Assembly (NCBI GenBank): GCA_022574775.1
Contig: JACZRI010000002.1
Span: 10,303 to 74,302 of the forward strand
Origin: Patescibacteria group bacterium
GTDB lineage: Bacteria > Patescibacteriota > Minisyncoccia > Minisyncoccales > RBG-13-36-15
Reading direction: 5' to 3'
DNA: 64,000 bases
Positions 17,729 through 25,429 of the stretch are shown piece after piece; the stretch's first letter is position 1; each line of letters begins with the position of its first letter. The notes under the pieces are model-generated. The model was not told the DNA's origin. It searched no databases and saw nothing but the letters and a program-made list of their open reading frames with translations. The position numbers and the translations under genes were made by a program.

Positions 17729-19534
17729 CTACTCCAAAATTGCTTTTATCCTTCTCACCCCGGCGCCGCAAGATTCTTCTTTGTTTATTTTAAAGTTGCC
17801 CAACTCAGAAGTTTCTTCAGCATGAGGTCCACCACAAATCTCCCGAGAGAAATATTTATCTGAAGGATTTGAAGGATCACCGATAGAATAAACCGTAACA
17901 ACCTCTGGGTATTTTTCTTTAAAAAAAGCCAGAGCGCCAGATTTGATTGCTTCATCATACTTCATTTCCTTTTTTTCCACTGTTAAATCTTCCTTAATCT
18001 TTTGATTAACTAAATCTTCAACTTTTTTTATTTCCTCAAGAGTCATTTTTTGAGGATGGCTAAAATCAAAGCGCAGTCTTTCTTCAGTTATATTAGACCC
18101 CATTTGTTTCACGTGTTTTCCCAAAACCTCTCGAAGGGCCTGGTGAAATAAATGGGTCGCAGTATGTAATTTCGTTATCTTCTTGATCTCTTCTTCTGAT
18201 TTCTTAATTCGCACTTCGTACTTCGAAATTCCAACTCCTCCAAATTTTTTCTCAACTCCTGCCCTGGAAATTTCCTGGTGTTTTTTAATCGCTTGTTCAA
18301 ATCCTTCTTTATTGCGAAATTCTATTCCGTATTCTTCTGTTAATTCTTCGTCAACAAGAACGCTATGAGTTTCATACAGACGAAAAGCTTCTTCGCCGGT
18401 AATATAACCTTTCTCTGATAGTTTTTTGAATTCTTTCATTCCTTTTTCCAGCGCTTTGCCAAATTTTTCCTCTTCGTTTTGGACTATGGTTAAAATATCT
18501 GTCTGCTTGGATTGTAATTCAGGGTAAATATCTTGGTAAAGCTCAATTACTATCTTAGCTAAGGAAACTAAGGAATGCTTAGGTAAATTGAGTGATTTAC
18601 CGAACCTAATTGCTTTTCTTAACACTCTTCTCAAAACATACCCTTCTGCAACATTAGAAGGCAATACCCCCTCACCTGCTAAAAAAACAGAGCCATTAAT
18701 GTGGTCTGCGATAATACGGTAGGCTCTTTTATTTTGATCATAGGATTTAGATGTATTTTTTTCTATCTCTTTAATAAGCGGCGTGAATAAATCTGTCTCA
18801 AAAATAGAAGGCTTTTTTTGGATAACCATAGCTAACCTTTCCAAACCCATCCCGGTGTCTACACCTTTCTTTTTCAAAAGAGTTAAATTATTTTTTCTGT
18901 CATGATAATATTCATTGAAAACTATGTTCCATAGTTCAATAAATCTTCCACAGCCACAATTGGGAATACAATTTTTTCCTTTTTCGCAAGGCTTATCTCT
19001 CAGCTCATAATGGATCTCAGTGGTTGGCCCGCAAGGCCCCTCGTCGCCAGTTGGCCCCCAGAAATTTTCCTCTTTACCAAACCCATAAATTTTTTCTTTA
19101 GGAATGCCTAATCTCTGCCAAATTTCCCTCGATTCTTTGTCTTCGGATATCTCCTTCTCGCCCTTGAAAACAGTAATCCATAATTTTGAATTTGGGATCT
19201 GGAATTCGGAATTTAAGAGTTCTCTTGCGAATTCTATTGCCCTTTCCTTAAAGTAATCGTTAAAGCTAAAATTTCCGAGCATCTCCAAAAAAGTTAAGTG
19301 CTGCTCATCTCCAACATCTTCAATATCAGAAGTTCTGAAACATTTCTGAACTGATACTACTCTCTTTCCATAAGGTGAGATTTTTCCCAGATAATAATCC
19401 TTGAACTGCTGCATACCAGCCGTGGTAAACAAAACTGTAGAATCCTCAGATAAAAGCGAACTTGAGGGAACAATAGTATGTCTATGTTTTATAAAAAAAT
19501 CTAAGAATTTTTTTCTTATCGTGTATGAATCCAT
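17729..19534 (-). CDS. alaS: alanine--tRNA ligase (short, ~601 aa)
   Basis: AlaRS core (FF..H.H..V.SSSL...D.T.LFT.AGM..FK) and editing-domain HxxxH/CGG motifs. The ORF-track N-terminal 34 aa were rejected (start ATG 19534). Confidence 0.92.
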   Translation of the reverse strand: MDSYTIRKKFLDFFIKHRHTIVPSSSLLSEDSTVLFTTAGMQQFKDYYLGKISPYGKRVVSVQKCFRTSDIEDVGDEQHLTFLEMLGNFSFNDYFKERAIEFARELLNSEFQIPNSKLWITVFKGEKEISEDKESREIWQRLGIPKEKIYGFGKEENFWGPTGDEGPCGPTTEIHYELRDKPCEKGKNCIPNCGCGRFIELWNIVFNEYYHDRKNNLTLLKKKGVDTGMGLERLAMVIQKKPSIFETDLFTPLIKEIEKNTSKSYDQNKRAYRIIADHINGSVFLAGEGVLPSNVAEGYVLRRVLRKAIRFGKSLNLPKHSLVSLAKIVIELYQDIYPELQSKQTDILTIVQNEEEKFGKALEKGMKEFKKLSEKGYITGEEAFRLYETHSVLVDEELTEEYGIEFRNKEGFEQAIKKHQEISRAGVEKKFGGVGISKYEVRIKKSEEEIKKITKLHTATHLFHQALREVLGKHVKQMGSNITEERLRFDFSHPQKMTLEEIKKVEDLVNQKIKEDLTVEKKEMKYDEAIKSGALAFFKEKYPEVVTVYSIGDPSNPSDKYFSREICGGPHAEETSELGNFKINKEESCGAGVRRIKAILE

Positions 19535-19554
19535 ATATAGAGCCCTGCATCGAG

Positions 19555-19824
19555 CTAGGAGCGCAGGGTTCGAACCACCAGAATCAATTGAGCGAAGCGA
19601 ATTCAGGCAAGATTCGAGGCGCGAGGAGTGATGCAATGCCGAACGACGAGCAACAAAGAAGCTTGCCTGAATTCACCCGCCCCTAAAGGAAGCTGAAAAA
19701 TGGCTGATTTCTTTGTTGCTCCTCCTTGAAGTAGTTTCCAACTACTCTTTCGTCGTCGCGTCGTGAAATCACCTCATTTTTCAGTTTCTCAAGCTGATTT
19801 TGGTTCAAATCCTGCGCTCCTAAG
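19555..19824. repeat. ~270-nt nested-palindrome element directly upstream of alaS
   Basis: Outer imperfect ~35-bp arms (19555-19592 / 19788-19824) enclose two hairpin domains (13-bp GAATTCAGGCAAG/CTTGCCTGAATTC and 10-bp CTGAAAAATG/CATTTTTCAG). Confidence 0.85.
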
Positions 19825-19977
19825 TTTATTTAGTATAATCGCAAAGTAATCTGTACAAATCCCTGGTATGAAGAAAAAAATGAACAATTTTATCTGCCAC
19901 GTAATGAGATGAAGTGTTTACTTCAAGATATCTTTTTTTTAAAAGATCCAAAAAGCTTTGCCGAGTTTCAGTTAAAA

Positions 19978-20244
19978 TCATTTTTCCTCTTTTTTCAAAA
20001 GGAGTTTTTTCTCTGCAAATTCTTTTCTCTTAGCCTCTAATTGAGCAAGTTTTATATTCAATTTTGCCAATTGAATTCTTGCAGAAAAAATATCTTTTTC
20101 CAATCCCATCACCTCTTTCTCTTTTGATTTAAGTTTCGCTTCCAGCTGATTTTTTTCTTCTAACTTTTGCTCAATTTCTTCCCCCAACTTAATAAGCCTT
20201 CCAGAAAACCCTTCCAATAATTGTTCCTTAGATTTTTCTTCCAT
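19978..20244 (-). CDS. hypothetical coiled-coil protein
   Basis: 88-aa Glu/Lys/Leu-rich heptad-like sequence from ATG 20244. The longer ORF-track start looks non-coding. Confidence 0.5.
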   Translation of the reverse strand: MEEKSKEQLLEGFSGRLIKLGEEIEQKLEEKNQLEAKLKSKEKEVMGLEKDIFSARIQLAKLNIKLAQLEAKRKEFAEKKLLLKKEEK

Positions 20245-20338
20245 ATTTACACAATAACAAAAAAAATAGCGAAGGACAACAGTATTGAAAAATCCTGCCT
20301 TACTATAAACAGGACAAAATGTTTTCAAGAGAAAAACT

Positions 20339-21403
20339 TTAACTTTTAATTATCCCGCCGCCCAAGAGTTTTTTCCCTTGATAAAAAACTACTGACTGGC
20401 CAGGAGCAATTGCTCGCTGAGGCTGATGAAATTGTACTTTGTAGCTGGTATCTTGTAGTTTGTATATTGTTGCTTGAACTGGCTCTTGTCTATAGCGAAT
20501 TTGCACTTTTGTCTTCAAGGACAAGTTTGGTTCTTGAGAAGAAAGCCAATTAATATTATCAGCTACCAGTTCCTTTTTATACAAATCTTTTTCATTGCGG
20601 CTCACAATTAAAAGGTTTTCTTTTACGTTTTTATCTACAACATAAAATGGGCCACCTGCCAATTTTATACCCTTTCGCTGGCCAATTGTATAAAAATGAA
20701 CTCCGCAATGTTCTCCTACAATTTTTCCATCTCTGGCAACAATTTTGCCGGGTTTTGGTTTAATATAGTTTTTTAAAAAATCTATCAACTTAACTTTTCC
20801 TATAAAACAAATTCCCTGACTGTCTTTCCTGTCGGCATTTGGAAGACCAAATGCCTTGGCTATTTTACGAACCTGAGCTTTATGATACTTTCCTACTGGA
20901 AAAATTACTTTCTTGAATCTTGCCGGTCTCACACTGTGAAGAAAATAAGACTGATCTTTTTGGGGATCTTTTCCGCAAAAAATATTTGTACCAACCTTTC
21001 CTGAATTAACTTGGGCGTAATGCCCTGTGGCAACAAAATCAAAGCCAAGAGAAATAGCTTTATCAAAAAACAAGCCAAACTTAATTTCCTTATTGCACAT
21101 TACATCGGGATTTGGGGTCCTGCCTTGAGCGTATTCTTTGACAAAATAGTCAATAACTTTCTTTTTGTATTCTCTGGTAAAATCGAATTTATAAAAAGGG
21201 ATTCCTATCTTGGCTGCAGCTCTTCTTGCTGTATATTCATCATCTGATAAATTTTTGCAGTTATTTTTTGGATTCTCGTCCCAGCACTTCATAAAAACTC
21301 CCACCACATCAAAACCGGCATTTTTTAACAAAGCGGCGGCGACACTTGAATCTACACCCCCCGACATTGCAACAAGAACTTTTTTCTTTTTGATTTTTTT
21401 CAT
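20339..21403 (-). CDS. mnmA: tRNA 2-thiouridine(34) synthase
   Basis: 354-aa ORF with PP-loop VAMSGGVDSSVAA and an MnmA-like pattern throughout. Confidence 0.93.
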   Translation of the reverse strand: MKKIKKKKVLVAMSGGVDSSVAAALLKNAGFDVVGVFMKCWDENPKNNCKNLSDDEYTARRAAAKIGIPFYKFDFTREYKKKVIDYFVKEYAQGRTPNPDVMCNKEIKFGLFFDKAISLGFDFVATGHYAQVNSGKVGTNIFCGKDPQKDQSYFLHSVRPARFKKVIFPVGKYHKAQVRKIAKAFGLPNADRKDSQGICFIGKVKLIDFLKNYIKPKPGKIVARDGKIVGEHCGVHFYTIGQRKGIKLAGGPFYVVDKNVKENLLIVSRNEKDLYKKELVADNINWLSSQEPNLSLKTKVQIRYRQEPVQATIYKLQDTSYKVQFHQPQRAIAPGQSVVFYQGKKLLGGGIIKS

Positions 21404-21450
21404 AATAAAAGTGCTATTTCAATTTAACATAAAAAGAACATTTTTCAAAT

Positions 21451-21492
21451 AAAAACGCCGAGGAGAGAGGGTGGGAATACGCTCTCCTCGGC
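21451..21492 (-). terminator. intrinsic terminator of the repeat-protein gene
   Basis: GCCGAGGAGAG / CTCTCCTCGGC 11-bp stem followed on the minus strand by GTTTTTATTT. Confidence 0.8.
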
Positions 21493-21499
21493 TTAAAGG

Positions 21500-22330
21500 C
21501 TACTTCATTGCTTCAGCTAAGGCTCCAGCAATGGCTGCCAGGGCTTTAGCCCGCAAATAAGGATCGCTGATCTCAGCTGCTGCCTTGCGGGCTTGCTCAA
21601 AGTCTTGAGCTTCCTGAGTAACTCCAGCAATAGCTGCCAGGGCTTTAGCCCGAAAATTAGCTACGCTGATCTCAGCTGCTGCCTTGCGGGCTTGCTCAAA
21701 GTCCTGAGCTTCCTGAGTAACTCCAGCAATGACTGCCAGGGCTTCAGCCCGCCAATAAGGATCGCTGATCTCAGCTGCTGCCTTGCGGGCTTGCTCAAAG
21801 TCCTGAGCTTCCTGAGTAACTCCAGCAATGACTGCCAGGGCTTCAGCCCGAAAATTAGCTACGCTGATCTCAGCTGCTGCCTTGCGGGCTTGCTCAAAGT
21901 CCTGAGCTTCAGCTAAGGCTCCAGCAATGACTGCCAGGGCTTTAGCCCGCAAATAAGGATAGCTGATCTCAGCTGCTGCCTTGCGGGCTTGCTCAAAGTC
22001 CTGAGCTTCAGCTAAGGCTCCAGCAATGACTGCCAGGGCTTCAGCCCGCCAATAAGGATCGCTGATCTCAGCTGCTGCCTTGCGGGCTTGCTCAAAGTCT
22101 TGAGCTTCAGCTAAGGCTCCAGCAATGGCTGCCAGGGCTTCAGCCCGCAAATTAGCTACGCTGATCTCAGCTGCTGCCTTGCGGGTTAAATTCAAGACTT
22201 TATTAAAGATCCGAGGAAAAGCGATTTTCTGAGCATTCTCAATAAGCTCTTGTATCGCCTCTCCTGTGATTTTCCCTTCGGCTATCTGACCGAAAAACTC
22301 GCAGAGTTGCCTTACCGTAACAATTGACAT
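21500..22330 (-). CDS. Ala-rich tandem-repeat protein (7 x 33 aa alpha-solenoid-like), function unknown
   Basis: Start set at ATG 22330, preceded by AAAGGAGGT. A 51-aa unique N-terminus is followed by 7 repeats AAAEIS-xxxx-RA[EK]ALA[AV]IAG[ALAE/VTQE]AQDFEQARK. It has its own promoter-like site and terminator, and is GC-richer than its flanks. Confidence 0.8.
   Translation of the reverse strand: MSIVTVRQLCEFFGQIAEGKITGEAIQELIENAQKIAFPRIFNKVLNLTRKAAAEISVANLRAEALAAIAGALAEAQDFEQARKAAAEISDPYWRAEALAVIAGALAEAQDFEQARKAAAEISYPYLRAKALAVIAGALAEAQDFEQARKAAAEISVANFRAEALAVIAGVTQEAQDFEQARKAAAEISDPYWRAEALAVIAGVTQEAQDFEQARKAAAEISVANFRAKALAAIAGVTQEAQDFEQARKAAAEISDPYLRAKALAAIAGALAEAMK
21503..22180 (-). repeat. 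99-bp tandem repeat array (7 copies, last truncated)
   Basis: Period measured from recurring GCTTGCTCAAAGTC (21591 vs 21690, and onward). Copies differ only in a few discrete blocks. Confidence 0.95.
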
Positions 22331-22422
22331 GGCTGTACCTCCTTTGTACAATTTGACCAAGATTTATTATCCCAATGCACTCCCACCAGCACAATAAGAC
22401 ATTCGAACCCTGGCCTATTTCA

Positions 22423-22451
22423 TAAATAGCATATTTATAATAAAATGTCAA
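22423..22451 (-). promoter_or_regulatory. putative promoter of the repeat-protein gene
   Basis: Minus strand TTGACA (22451-22446), 17 nt, then TATTTA (22428-22423). About 90-nt leader ending in AAAGGAGGT. Confidence 0.5.
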
Positions 22452-22464
22452 GTATTTTTGCGAG

Positions 22465-22490
22465 ATTTAAAACCACCTAAAAGGTGGTTT
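22465..22490 (-). terminator. terminator-like hairpin after the ykuK-family gene
   Basis: AAACCACC / GGTGGTTT stem with U-rich tail on the minus strand. Confidence 0.6.
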
Positions 22491-22519
22491 ATCTGTGCAA
22501 AAATATTTATTCAAAAATC

Positions 22520-23029
22520 TCAAGTATACCTATCAGCCACGGTTGTTGCCACATATGCCTCAGGTTTTATTTTAGGCTCAAAACCATTTCCACGAATAAG
22601 ACCAACCACTTCTTTAATCATATCTTTTGTCTGCCCATTTTCACCAACATCGGCATGTATGTAACGAAACTGGTAATTAAATTTGCTCAAAAGGCTATTT
22701 CCTTTTTTTTCTAGATGTTCCCTAAAAAACAAAGCCAACTGGCAAGAAAGCATAACTTCTTCTAAAATTCGTTCTTTCCAGTTGTAAAATTTTCTATTTT
22801 TGTATGTAACTTTCTTGAGGAAAAATCTTCCTCCTTCGCCTTTTCGCAGAATAACTATAGCTACCGGGAAATTGGGCTCTTTGCCGGAAGATGAATCACA
22901 TCCAACAACAATATCGTAGAATTTTTCAGGACTCTGCGCCATGTAGCCGGTTAACTCGGTAATAACCTGATTGATAGTCAGGTTTCCTCTGCTGGGATTG
23001 TAAAAATAACCTTGTTTAAATTTTTCCAT
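22520..23029 (-). CDS. YkuK/DUF458-family RNase H-like protein (tentative)
   Basis: 169-aa ORF. The VVGCDSSS...FPVAIVILRKGEGGRFF...VADRY pattern resembles my recollection of the YkuK family. Confidence 0.55.
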   Translation of the reverse strand: MEKFKQGYFYNPSRGNLTINQVITELTGYMAQSPEKFYDIVVGCDSSSGKEPNFPVAIVILRKGEGGRFFLKKVTYKNRKFYNWKERILEEVMLSCQLALFFREHLEKKGNSLLSKFNYQFRYIHADVGENGQTKDMIKEVVGLIRGNGFEPKIKPEAYVATTVADRYT

Positions 23030-23069
23030 ATTGATTAAAATATCGTAGCAAATTTAAAGAAGAAGTCAA

Positions 23070-23132
23070 CCCACCCCACCGCAATGGTTCGACAAGCTCA
23101 CCATCCTGAGTTTATCGAAGGAGCGGTGGGGC
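23070..23132. repeat. REP-like palindromic element (GGTTCGACAAGCTCACCATCCTGAG..TCGAAGG family) inside a CCACCGC/GCGGTGG clamp
   Basis: Family copies or half-copies at 3899-3937, 15207-15250, 23086-23122, 28087-28113, 51266-51307 and 62231-62268. Confidence 0.85.
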
Positions 23133-23146
23133 TTGCCGTCGAAGTG

Positions 23147-23917
23147 TCAAGAAACTGATTTAACGATCTTAATAAATTCTTTCGCTTTCAAAGACGCTCC
23201 TCCTATTAATAAGCCCTGGAAATCAGCTTCAAAAATGTAAGGTTTTGCATTTTGGCTGTTTACACTCCCTCCATAGAGAATTGAGAGATTTTCTGCGAAT
23301 TTTTGATTATAGATATTTGAAACAGTACTTCTGATGAAATCGCCCGCTCTCTTTGCTTCAGCTGGAGAACAAGCCTTTCCTGTGCCAATTGCCCAGATTG
23401 GTTCGTAAGCAATGACGAAGTCTGAAGTATGAAGTCTGAAGTCTGAAATTTTCTCCAGAGCGTTCGTAAGTTGTCTTTTTAATATTTCTTTTGTTTTACC
23501 CTTTTTTCTTTCTTGCTGGGTTTCGCCGATACATAAGATAGGATTTAGTTTTGTAGCGAGGGCTGTTTTTAATTTTTTATTTACCACTTCATCTGTTTCA
23601 TTAAAATACCTTCGCCGTTCAGAATGGCCAATGATAACATATTGACAGCCTAAATCTTTGAGCATCTTAGAAGAAATTTCTCCAGTAAAAGCTCCTTTTT
23701 TCTCCCAAAAAACATCTTGCGCCCCCAATTTAATGGAGGTCCGACCTCCATTATTTAATAAAGGTAAATATATAAACGGTGGGCAGATTACTACTTCAGT
23801 ATTCTTAATATCCTTCAATCCCTTACCCACAGAATCAAAAAGCCGCTTGGCTTCAGCCAATGATTGCGGGTTCATCTTCCAGTTTGCGACAACAATTGGT
23901 TTGTTCATAGATTGCAT
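23147..23917 (-). CDS. tpiA: triosephosphate isomerase
   Basis: VANWKMN, IGHSERR and AYEPIWAIGTG motifs. Alternative start at 23908. Carries an in-frame word-repeat insertion at 23414-23448. Confidence 0.93.
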   Translation of the reverse strand: MQSMNKPIVVANWKMNPQSLAEAKRLFDSVGKGLKDIKNTEVVICPPFIYLPLLNNGGRTSIKLGAQDVFWEKKGAFTGEISSKMLKDLGCQYVIIGHSERRRYFNETDEVVNKKLKTALATKLNPILCIGETQQERKKGKTKEILKRQLTNALEKISDFRLHTSDFVIAYEPIWAIGTGKACSPAEAKRAGDFIRSTVSNIYNQKFAENLSILYGGSVNSQNAKPYIFEADFQGLLIGGASLKAKEFIKIVKSVS

Positions 23918-24076
23918 TTCTTTATCCCGTACTATTCTGAATGAAACGAGGAATAGTACGGGGGCAGTTGGCAGTAATAAGTGGTTTCATAAAATATAAT
24001 CCTAATCTACGAATCGATCCGAATGCCACGAATATTCGGAGAATTCGGATATCGTTCGTAGATTGGTATCGCGCAT

Positions 24077-24892
24077 TTAAGGTTCCTGCAAAGCAAGGTT
24101 CTTGCGTTTCTCCAGTCCTTCAGCATAGTGTTTTTGAATTTCAAAAACAGTGAAGCCTCTGCTGTAAATTACAACTTCGTCGATGAAACCACTAAAGAAT
24201 CGAACTGTTTCAGTGCCTCCTATGACAACTACAGCTGTTCCCGCTCTTAATGTTCCAGTGAAATCATTTCTAGAATCTACAAGCTTTCCATTTTTATATA
24301 AACCAATAAAGTTTCCATTGACAACTCCAACGTAATGATACCACCTATCCTGATCTAAGTATGTGCCGCCCGTTTCGCCTACTTGAAAATCAGTTGCTGC
24401 ATTGTAGGGCTTGAATGCTACTGAATCACCCCATCCCTGATATCCAAATTCAAAAGGTTGATCGAATCCTTTATTCGTAAAATAGAACCAATCATTTGGT
24501 TCGTCTCTATAATCTTTACCTGGTCTAATCCAAACTTCAACTGTTAACTGTGTTGAGCCGCCAAAATCGTAATCCATTGTTGTGAGAACATGATCGTCCA
24601 CGCCATCAAAACTCAGCGCATTCCTCAGTATTCCTTGAACACAAATAGCACCAGCTATTGTACCATCGTTGTTGCCCCACGGATCACGGGCTGTACAATC
24701 ATCAAAGCTCCACCAGCCAATAATAGCATCATCTAACCCACCCTTGAGAGAATTGGAAAACATCTGAGCTCTTGCAATGATTGCTCTATCTCTTGCCGCA
24801 CCCAAAGCCACTAAAACAATTCCTCCTAAAACCCCGATTATGCCAATGACTACTAAGAGCTCAATTAAAGTAAAAGCTCTCTGGGTTTTCAT
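24077..24892 (-). CDS. type IV pilin-like protein fused to a LamG/ConA-like lectin domain
   Basis: Prepilin N-terminus MKTQRAFTLIELLVVIGIIGVL. The C-terminal part has a LamG-like pattern (NALSFDG.DDHV...WYH.VGV..G....LY.NG.LV...F.G.IDEV.IY). Confidence 0.8.
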   Translation of the reverse strand: MKTQRAFTLIELLVVIGIIGVLGGIVLVALGAARDRAIIARAQMFSNSLKGGLDDAIIGWWSFDDCTARDPWGNNDGTIAGAICVQGILRNALSFDGVDDHVLTTMDYDFGGSTQLTVEVWIRPGKDYRDEPNDWFYFTNKGFDQPFEFGYQGWGDSVAFKPYNAATDFQVGETGGTYLDQDRWYHYVGVVNGNFIGLYKNGKLVDSRNDFTGTLRAGTAVVVIGGTETVRFFSGFIDEVVIYSRGFTVFEIQKHYAEGLEKRKNLALQEP

Positions 24893-25350
24893 AATAACTT
24901 AGATATTCCTAAAGTTAAAATGGTAACAATTATTCCAGCTATCGCAGATCCAATTATTACCAAAGGCAAAGCTTTTTTAAATGAGATTCCGAAAACAAAC
25001 GCGGCAATAGCCCCTGTCCAGCCGCCAACAAAAGGAATTGGAGTAGCTACTAAAATTATAACTGTTAAACCCTTTCCCCATTTTTCAAATTTTGATCGAT
25101 GGACCCTTCTGGTGTGGGCAAAAAGCCAAATAAAAAATTGGCGAAAGAAAAAAAAACGACTGCTTAGAAGTTTTGAAAATGGGTCTAATAGCCAAATTAT
25201 CAAAATTAAAGGGACTAAATTTCCAAGAACAGAAAAAAAATAAGCTGACCAGACTGGCAAATTATAAACCTTTAAAGCAATAGGGATTGATCCTCGCAGT
25301 TCAATCACAGGCGACATCGCAATTAGAAATGTTTGGAGTTCAAGAAACAA
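24889..25350 (-). CDS. small membrane protein, COG2426 / small multidrug-export-like
   Basis: 153-aa ORF with 4 TM helices and an IELRGSIPIAL...GNL motif. It overlaps the pilin gene start by 4 nt. Confidence 0.6.
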   Translation of the reverse strand: MFLELQTFLIAMSPVIELRGSIPIALKVYNLPVWSAYFFSVLGNLVPLILIIWLLDPFSKLLSSRFFFFRQFFIWLFAHTRRVHRSKFEKWGKGLTVIILVATPIPFVGGWTGAIAAFVFGISFKKALPLVIIGSAIAGIIVTILTLGISKLL

Positions 25351-25429
25351 AGTTAGCTTCTAGGTTTTAGGGGCTAGATGTTTAGCAAAATAACTAAAAA
25401 CCCAGACGCTAAACGCTAAAACCTATATT

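Noticed and set aside
19535-19636. N-terminal extensions in the ORF track: alaS to 19636, rpsI to 10882, rpoA to 12800, frr to 4761, rplO to 30760, the FtsA-like gene to 17771, map to 28096, the repeat protein to 22360, sodX to 58927 and the coiled-coil ORF to 20328.
   Set aside because: The extensions translate repeat or leader sequence, overlap upstream genes, or include the SD itself. Internal ATG or GTG codons give N-termini matching the family pattern.
19555-19824. tmRNA or a T-box leader upstream of alaS.
   Set aside because: There is no T-box consensus (AGGGUGGNACCGCG), no specifier or antiterminator layout, and no tmRNA 5'/3' tRNA-like domain or tag ORF. The T-loop-like strings simply pair with each other.
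21593-21916. 107-aa plus-strand ORF across the 99-bp repeat array.
   Set aside because: It is a mirror frame of the tandem repeat. The minus-strand frame has the promoter-like site, SD, unique N-terminus and terminator.
21503-22180. CRISPR array. Also considered for the duplicated 86-nt spacers at 13.5/14.1 kb.
   Set aside because: The 99-bp units are contiguous with no unique spacers and form one reading frame. The 86-nt copies are only two, and they flank a gene. No cas genes are present.
24077-24892. Diversity-generating retroelement targeting the LamG pilin or the repeat protein.
   Set aside because: The window has no reverse transcriptase. It also has no template/variable repeat pair with adenine-specific differences.
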